Positions 57,019 to 64,000 of a DNA stretch of 64,000 nt are shown here, piece by piece (within the stretch, counting starts at the first letter, position 1; every line of letters begins with the position of its first letter). Made by a program: the position numbers and the translations under genes. Source of the DNA: Octopus vulgaris (Eukaryota). The stretch covers positions 6,324,001 through 6,388,000 of the forward strand of contig OX597818.1 in NCBI GenBank assembly GCA_951406725.2. Reading direction: 5' to 3'. The notes beneath the pieces were generated by a model. The model did no database searches and had not been told where the DNA came from. It worked only from the letters and a program-made list of their open reading frames with translations.

Positions 57019-58435
57019 CACTTAACCGCAAGTTTAGTGGTAGTGGGCGAATCCAGCAGATCGAGATTGTAGGGCGTGACATGTTTAATATTGTGTATGC
57101 CCTCCTTGGGTGTTCAAAACCGCTATACACCATCGGTACATAGAGAGCATGAGGCAGTTCACAAAATCCATTGGTACATGTGATTTCACCTTGAGGAAAG
57201 CTGCTTCCAGTTCCACACGAGTTGTCGAACTTGGGACCAGCTGATTCAGCCGTCTCTGGATTTCATCCCACACGTAGTCAATAGGGTTCAATCCGGGCTG
57301 AGAGCCGGTCACAGCATGGTTTTGATGTTGTGCTCCATGTGTCCCAAATTGTCGGTGTAGGCAAAGGGAAGGGCATCAGATCGCAGCGCTACGTTGACCA
57401 GACCCAGTATGTCCATGGTGACCCTGACCGTGTGAGAGGGAACATTGTCCTGCTGGAACTTTTGACTATAGTGTCGTATGAAGAAGGGAACGATGTGAGG
57501 TCTTAGGATCTGGTCAATGTAGCGATGTGCTGTGATGGCATTCCCTCTACCTGCACCAACATTTTGGAACACATGGGTGCAGGTAGAGGGAATGTCACCC
57601 CAAATCATGATGCTTTGGCCAACCCACGCGTCTCTCTCAATGACACATGCTCTGTAGCGTTCACCCCTCCTACGCCACACCCTCACTCTGCCATCCAAAG
57701 TGGAAACGCTGCACTAGTTCCCGTCACAGAAGACTATCGACCTCCATTGTTGATGCTGCCAATGTCGGAGCTTTTAGCCCACTGTAGTCGTGCCTGGCGG
57801 TGGCGGGCGGCGGTGGGCGGTGAGGACACGTCCTCGTGCAGGATGACAGCAACGCAGGTTGTTGCTGGTCAGTTGACGTCGAACTGCATCGTTGCAGATG
57901 TTTCGCTGTTCAGTGCCAATTGACTCGCGAGCTATCAAGGTGGCCGGTCTGAAGCGATCACGGATGTGTTGCATGTGGATGAAGCGGTCCTACCTATGCG
58001 TGGTCACTCGGGGGCGCCCTCTGCAGGCACGGTCGCAGTATTATTGGTGCTGTATCGTTGTTGATTGCGATAGATGGTGCTGACATTGACATTATAAGCT
58101 TTCGAAACAACCAGAGCATGCTGCCCTGCTTTCAATCGGCCGACAGCTTGCTCTCTCTGCGCTGCTGACAATTGGGTTATACCTGATGCGACCAAATTAC
58201 GAATGCCAGGGACGCGGTTAAAGTTGATTTTTATACCCATAACTTCCACGAGATGCACGGCATTCAATGCAGATCTGTTTTGGTGTCTCGTTTCTGGGAA
58301 AATTGAAAGTTTACTTGCAATTTGGGTCCTAGTCATAAACCAGCATGTCTTGGAATATCTACACTAACAAATAAATTTTCGGAATTTCTCATTTAAAAAT
58401 GACATTTGAAAAAATCGCATTCGTTTTGCGGTTTA

Positions 58436-58438
<3 letters not shown>
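57019..58438 (-). mobile_element. Tc1-like DNA transposon relic
   Basis: Ends TA-cacttaaccgcaa / ttgcggtttagtg-TA; QLSAAQREQAVGRLKAG (HTH), DGRVRVWRRRGERY, FQQDNVPSH, PGLNPIDYVWDEI, GGHTQY-stop; frameshifted. Confidence 0.88.
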
Positions 58439-58497
<59 letters not shown>

Positions 58498-59094
58498 TTA
58501 TGTACTTGCATACTTTCAGAAGTTTTTTCTTCTGGAATGGATATTTTATCAGTCTAAAATGTAAGAGTAAAAGTTATTTGGGCTAGGAAACAAAGACAAA
58601 TAATGTGTCTCGGGAATAGAAATTTACGAGTGTGAAATTTGTTGACATAGTAGAGGGTACGTTAAAGAATAGTTAATTCTTAGCTGTGTAAATCACAAAT
58701 ACCTACAGCGTCATATGATATTAAATAATGTATGATGGCTAGCACTATTATCTGTTGGTCTGTTTTCTTTTACGTCAGCGCGAAAATGTTTCTACACACG
58801 GAGAAAATGTATAAAATTCTGTAGATGTATGTATTGCAACACTAAAAACCTGTGATACGTGTGGAGGAATATTATGAATAACAGATCCAAAACTTTACCA
58901 TGAAATGACACCTCCTTATTTGAAGTATATTCGACCGGTCGGAAACTTTTCTTCCACACTAACTTCGATAATAGATATATCTGCGAAGCTACTTTTGTAC
59001 AGATCAACTTTAATATGGATTCCAATATTACTACTGTTCAATATAAAGAAATAAAAATGGCTCGAGCTGACAGAATCGTCTGCATGCCTGGCAA

Positions 59095-59270
59095 AATGCT
59101 TCATGTCATTTCGTCCGTCTTTACGTACTGAATTCAAATTCCACCGATGCTTACTTTTCCTTTTACCCTTTCTGGGTAAATTAAATAAGTATCAGTTGAG
59201 TACTGGGGTCGATGTGACTAACTTATCCCCTTCAATCAAACTGCTGGTCTTGCGCAAAAAATTGAAATTA
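59095..59270 (+). mobile_element. SINE, second family (diverged)
   Basis: tttcgtccgtctttacgt..tgaattcaaattccacc...cagttgagtactggggtcgat, the reverse complement of the 59920-60312 motifs. Confidence 0.6.
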
Positions 59271-59339
59271 ATATACACTAATAAAAGTCCATTGAAAATC
59301 AAGAGAAACGAATGGTAATTTATATATTCATTAATATGG

Positions 59340-59600
59340 TAGACTCTGGTCGAAAGAATTCTGGCCGACTCAACCTCCTTGACTACAGCATGTGCGCAAG
59401 GACTGAAGGATCTGTCATAGTAACGTCGATGAGTTGAAGTCATCCGCCAACCACCTATGGACCATCATGAGGAAGGACTTCGCTTGTAACGTGTGCACGG
59501 TTTTCAGGTCTTGCCTGGGGCGCATGCTCGCTGCCAAGGGCGGTCACATTGATTAATATTTATATTTAAAGACATATTTATATGCTAAAACAATAAAAGC
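59340..59600 (+). mobile_element. Tc1/mariner-superfamily transposase C-terminal fragment
   Basis: FWP..LNLLDYS and ...AAKGGHID-stop. Confidence 0.55.
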
Positions 59601-59919
59601 GTGTCTAACTGCATCAAAATTATCGTTGTTAGTGAGAGCATCGTAACGATTGTAATAGGATTCTTGCAAAGCTTGGTATGCATACACATACACAAGCATA
59701 CATACGCACACGCACATATATGTATGTATGTGTGCATGTATGTATGTATGAATGTGTTTGTGTATGTATGTATGTGTGTATTTTTGTATGTATGTATGTA
59801 TGTATGTATATACGTGACTGCAGCCGCATGACTGAAACGAGTAAAAGAGTATTATATATACATAGTAACATCAATAAAAGATATAGGGAATTTGCCGTGA
59901 ATTATTATAACCTCTAATT

Positions 59920-60312
59920 CTTCTCTACTCTAGGCACAAGACCCAAATTTCTTGGGGGTGGCGAGAGGCCAGTCAATTAGATTCACCCCAGTATGCAACT
60001 GGCACTTAATTCATCGACCTCGAAAGGATAAAAGGTAAAGTCAACCTCGGCGGAATTTCAACTTAGAACGTAAAGACAGACGAAATACCTATTTCTTCAC
60101 TACACACAAGGGGCTAAACACAGAGAGGACAAACAAGGACAGACAAACGGATTAAGTCAATTATATCGACCCCAGTGCGTAACTGGTACTTAATTTATCG
60201 ACCCCGAAAGGATGAAAGCAAAGTCGACCTCGGCGGAATTTGAACTCAGAACGTAACGGCAGACGACATACGGCTACTCATTGTGCTCGGCGTGCTAACG
60301 TTTCTGACAGCT
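59920..60312 (-). mobile_element. Dimeric SINE (second family)
   Basis: Two tandem units 59975-60090 and 60160-60270 (ccccagt..g.aactgg.acttaatt.atcgac..cgaaagga..aaag..aaagtc.acctcggcggaattt). Confidence 0.8.
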
Positions 60313-60846
60313 TTGTTACAACCTCCAAACTAAAAAATTCTGCGTGTGACTGATAATGAACACAGAAGAAACAGCGTCACCACCACCACCACCATCACCA
60401 GTAAGAGTCTCATGTGAATCGTGCAGATGTGGCAGTGAAAATTACGACAGCTGCAGCAACAACAGCGACAGCAATACCAACAATATTAACAGAAACAACG
60501 ATAATATTAACACATTCTGATTTCCTCGTTCATTTTAGACTTTTTCATCTCAGTCTCATCATTATCATCAACTATATATACTTCATCATGTTGAACCGTT
60601 AATCATTACATAAATATATATCTATATTATAATGAAAGAAGCTGCTTATCAATTACGTATGTAACAGTTACTAAAAGAAAGCAATTATTAAAGATTTGGC
60701 CGTCTGGAAATTTTTATATTAATCATGTTCCAGGGAATTTCATATAATGTCGATTTCTGAGTTTTATTGAACGTCTCTCAATTTTTATTTCAATGTTTTC
60801 AATTCTAATTTTAATTCGTTATTTGGAAAACCCACTGTTTATTCTA

Positions 60847-61708
60847 TATGTGGTCTGATCAATAAATATAATGTGGCCGTTATAACGAAGCTATAGCATG
60901 CAGATTAAAGCCGCTTGGCACAGAATGACACTTTTGTGCATGTGCACTACGATTTAACGTTGTAACTTACTTCCTCTGTATACAGCAGTGCTTGAAAGGA
61001 AGGTGTGTAGCATGTGATCATCGCGTTGATCATGGTAGTGAAAGTTGAGCAGAGAATATGCATCAAAGTTTTCCAAAGACTTCACAATACCTGCTCAGAT
61101 GCCTGCGAAAAGTGTACAAAAAGTTTTCATCGATCTCGACACAATCAAGATCTTGTGCAACTGAAAACCGAGTGTCTTTTTGGACAGCTTCAAGCAGTTT
61201 TTGCACAAACTTGGTAGACATGCGTCTCATACCCAAATCAGACAATGGACAGACTTGAACTGCAACTAATCTACATATTCTCTGAGAAAACAAGGATGGT
61301 AATTCGATGATTTTTCCTCACAGCTGCATGCTCATCTTCGATGTTTCTCTCACGTTTGCTGGCTGCAGGTCTCCCAGAACGTTCAATATCGACATTTCTT
61401 CGGCCATCTTGGAAATTATTGAACCACTCGTACACTCGTGTGCAGCTCATACACTCCTTTCCATACACTTTCTGCAACTTAGCGTAGGCATCTGAGCAGG
61501 TATCGCCATGACAACTTTATCTGATTACACTCTACACACCATCATTCCAAACACTGCTGTAAACAGCGGAATTGAGTTAGAACGTTAAAACGTAGTGCAC
61601 ATGCACTGTAGAATATTATGCTAATGTTTGCTAAGCGACTTCACTCTATGTGATTTAGTTTCGTTACTATGGCAACAGTCCGGATACTTATTGATAAAAT
61701 TTCGTATA
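60847..61708. mobile_element. Fold-back mariner derivative made of two inverted 5' ends
   Basis: 60847-61088 is an inverted, diverged copy of ~61484-61708; transposase N-terminus on both strands (KVEQRICIK on +; MQKVYGKECMSCTRVYEWF..F.DGR...RSGRP on -). Confidence 0.75.
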
Positions 61709-61740
61709 TGTAATGTAAAAACATTTATTGAATGAAAATA

Positions 61741-62190
61741 TTTAATATACCGGTATACTTTTTGTAAAAAAATTAAGAAATGATTTTGTTGTTATGACTG
61801 TTTGGAACAATATAACCTTGCAATAATAACTAACCGGGCCGATTTTGGCCTTTTTTAAAACTGAAAAACCATGGATGGAACCGTTTCTGTAAAAACAATA
61901 TTTAAACATGTAAGCATTATCGGAGGAAAAGATGAAAAATTCAAGGGAGGTTTTGTAGTTTTTTAATATACCGGTATAATTTTTATGAAAAAAAAAAAAA
62001 AAGTAAGAAGTGATTTCGTTGTTATGGCCTTTTGGAAAGATATAAGCCGTACAATAATAACTATCCGGACCGATTTTGGCCACTTTTTTTTAAACTTTAA
62101 AACCATGGGAAGAGCATTTCTGATAAAAAAAAATGTAAATATATTCAGAGGAAAAGGTGAAAAATTCAAGTGAGATTTGGCTGTTGTTTC
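61741..62190. repeat. Two tandem ~222-bp units, probably inside an unclassified DNA transposon
   Basis: tttaatataccggtata...gttatg...ccgattttggcc...aaaaccatgg...gaaaaattcaag at 61741 and 61963. Confidence 0.8.
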
Positions 62191-63185
62191 TAGCACAACC
62201 CAAGCCACCCTCCGTTTTCACTTTCACATGTATCGATGTTTTTCCATATTTTTCTCCGATTAAACATATTTTATGGAATGATGATGCCGAAGTAACTCCT
62301 GCGTGGTCCATTGGTGGAATATAGGCAAAAAAACAAAGAGTTCTCAAACGTTTTACCCCCACCTAAATCAAGTGAAGCCGTATGTGTAAGAAAATAAATT
62401 TTCTGACAGAAAGGTATGCTATTAAAATGTATTATCTTTTACGTAACTTTTTACGTAAATGCCAGCGAGGACCTTCTCAGTCTTTCGAATATTTGAAATT
62501 ATATACAGGAACACCGGGTCAGGGATTGGGGCTTGACAAAAAACTTATTTTTTCAAATTTCATTTTCTATAGCATATAAATGGATTTATGGGGAGAAAAA
62601 TATTGAACAACATCAATACATGCAAGATTGATGTAACAAGGAGGGTTGCCTTGGGATATGCTAGAAACAACAACCAAATCTCCATTAAATAACTCACTCT
62701 TAACTCTGAATATGTTAATATATGTTTTTTTTACCGAAAATCTGTTTTGAAGTCCCCAAAAAGTTCGCCAAAATAGGTCTGGAGAGGAATGATTATGGTG
62801 CGGGGATGTGGCTAAAAGAAATGGGGAAAATCTTCGTCTAAAAAGAGTAGTTCCAACTTATTTTATCTTCCTCATACGAAACTCCACTCACCACCCCTGA
62901 GACAAAATTTTCCTCCCAAATTTCTTTATAATCGTAATCTACGTTGTTTGAAAATGATTTGTATAAACTTTCAGTAAAATATATCCATTTACTTGAAAGT
63001 GATGGGGGGAAAAATTCAGATCGTGCAAATTTTCCGAAACTCCTCTCTCCGCCATCTCGGAAAAATACTTTCCCATAGATCCCTATGGACTCTAAAACCA
63101 CAACATCTAAGCGGTATTTGTAGAAAATTTCGTTAAAGACTATCAAATTTTTCTGGATGTTAAGTGGTCAGAATTTCAGGGCGTA

Positions 63186-64000
63186 CGAGGGACGTTCAAT
63201 AAGTAATGCCTCTGACCCACTTGCAGTTGTTTGATCTAGCTGAAATTTTGCATGTGCAAACATTTATATCTTTATAGAGTACGTGGAAAATTACAGCTCT
63301 GAATTTTGCATATGCAATTATTTATATCTCTATAGATTAAGTAGCAAATTACAGCTCTGAACTAATTGTGGTTTCTGATTTACAGGTGTTTGAACCGAGT
63401 CAAGTGTGAAATGGAGCCTGTTAAGTGTCGAGCAGTGATCCGGTTTTTGTATTTGAAAAGACGCACACCACGGGAGACTTTTGATGAAATGAAAGTAACT
63501 TATGGTGATGATGCCCCATCATATGACCTTGTAAAACGCTGGCATCGTGAATTCAAACATGGTCGGAACTCTGTGGAAACAGCTCCCAGATCTGGTCTCC
63601 TCCTTCTGTCATTGATGAGGCATCTGTCCGTCAAGTTGAGGCTGCGATTTTGGAAGATCGACCCATAATTATTCGCCAAATAGCCCATGAGGTCAAGATT
63701 AGTACCGGGTCTGTGGAAACTATCATTCATGACCATTTGCATATGCAAAAGTTGTCTGCCAGATGGACTCCCAGGCTACTCGCGCCTTTCCAGAAGCAAG
63801 AACGCGTCGAGTGCTCGAGGGTGAATTTGGAGATGTGCCAAGAAGATGAGTCAAAATTGTTCAAAAGACTGATTACACAGGATGAAACCTAGCTCCATCA
63901 CGATGATCCAGAGACCAAAGCCCAGTCAATGCAGTGGAAGCACCGTGACTCACCCCCTCCAAAGAAGGCAAGGGTGCAGCCTTCCGCTGGCAAGGTCATG
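63186..64000 (+). mobile_element. Second copy of the 22791 mariner (runs off the window end); pseudogene
   Basis: TA + cgagggacgttcaataagtaatgcctctgac TIR; near-identical transposase with a frameshift near 63600 and TGG>TAG at 63890-63892. Confidence 0.95.

Noticed and set aside
59975-60270. Spaced direct repeats as a CRISPR-like array
   Set aside because: Only two long units of a SINE dimer, in eukaryotic DNA with no cas genes

Overview
Very AT-rich eukaryotic (animal) genomic DNA, almost all transposon relics and microsatellites. The (TA)n/(TATG)n/(TTA)n load and the SINE/LINE families resemble an octopus (coleoid cephalopod) genome; this is inferred from recalled repeat families, not from a search. 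I can support no host protein-coding exon, rRNA, true tRNA or CRISPR array, so the window is probably intronic or intergenic. Recognisable content: four minus-strand R4/Dong-like REL-type LINE relics (one near full length, 25.7-28.9 kb); two Penelope-like element (PLE) ORF relics plus many PLE terminal-repeat (pLTR) pieces, several with hammerhead-ribozyme-like cores; a decayed full-length Gypsy LTR element with ~95-bp LTRs (45.7-49.8 kb); two copies of a D,D34D mariner; a Tc1 relic; a fold-back mariner derivative; a Helitron RepHel relic and a non-autonomous Helitron; RTE/CR1-like LINE scraps; and many tRNA-derived SINEs. The most striking pattern is repeated fold-back (inverted) copying of DNA next to PLE termini: a near-perfect 315-bp hairpin, a 208-bp inverted flank copy joined through microhomology, and older, larger palindromes. 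There is also a 243-bp templated insertion copied from 5.4 kb away into a LINE. All alignments and identity estimates were done by eye.
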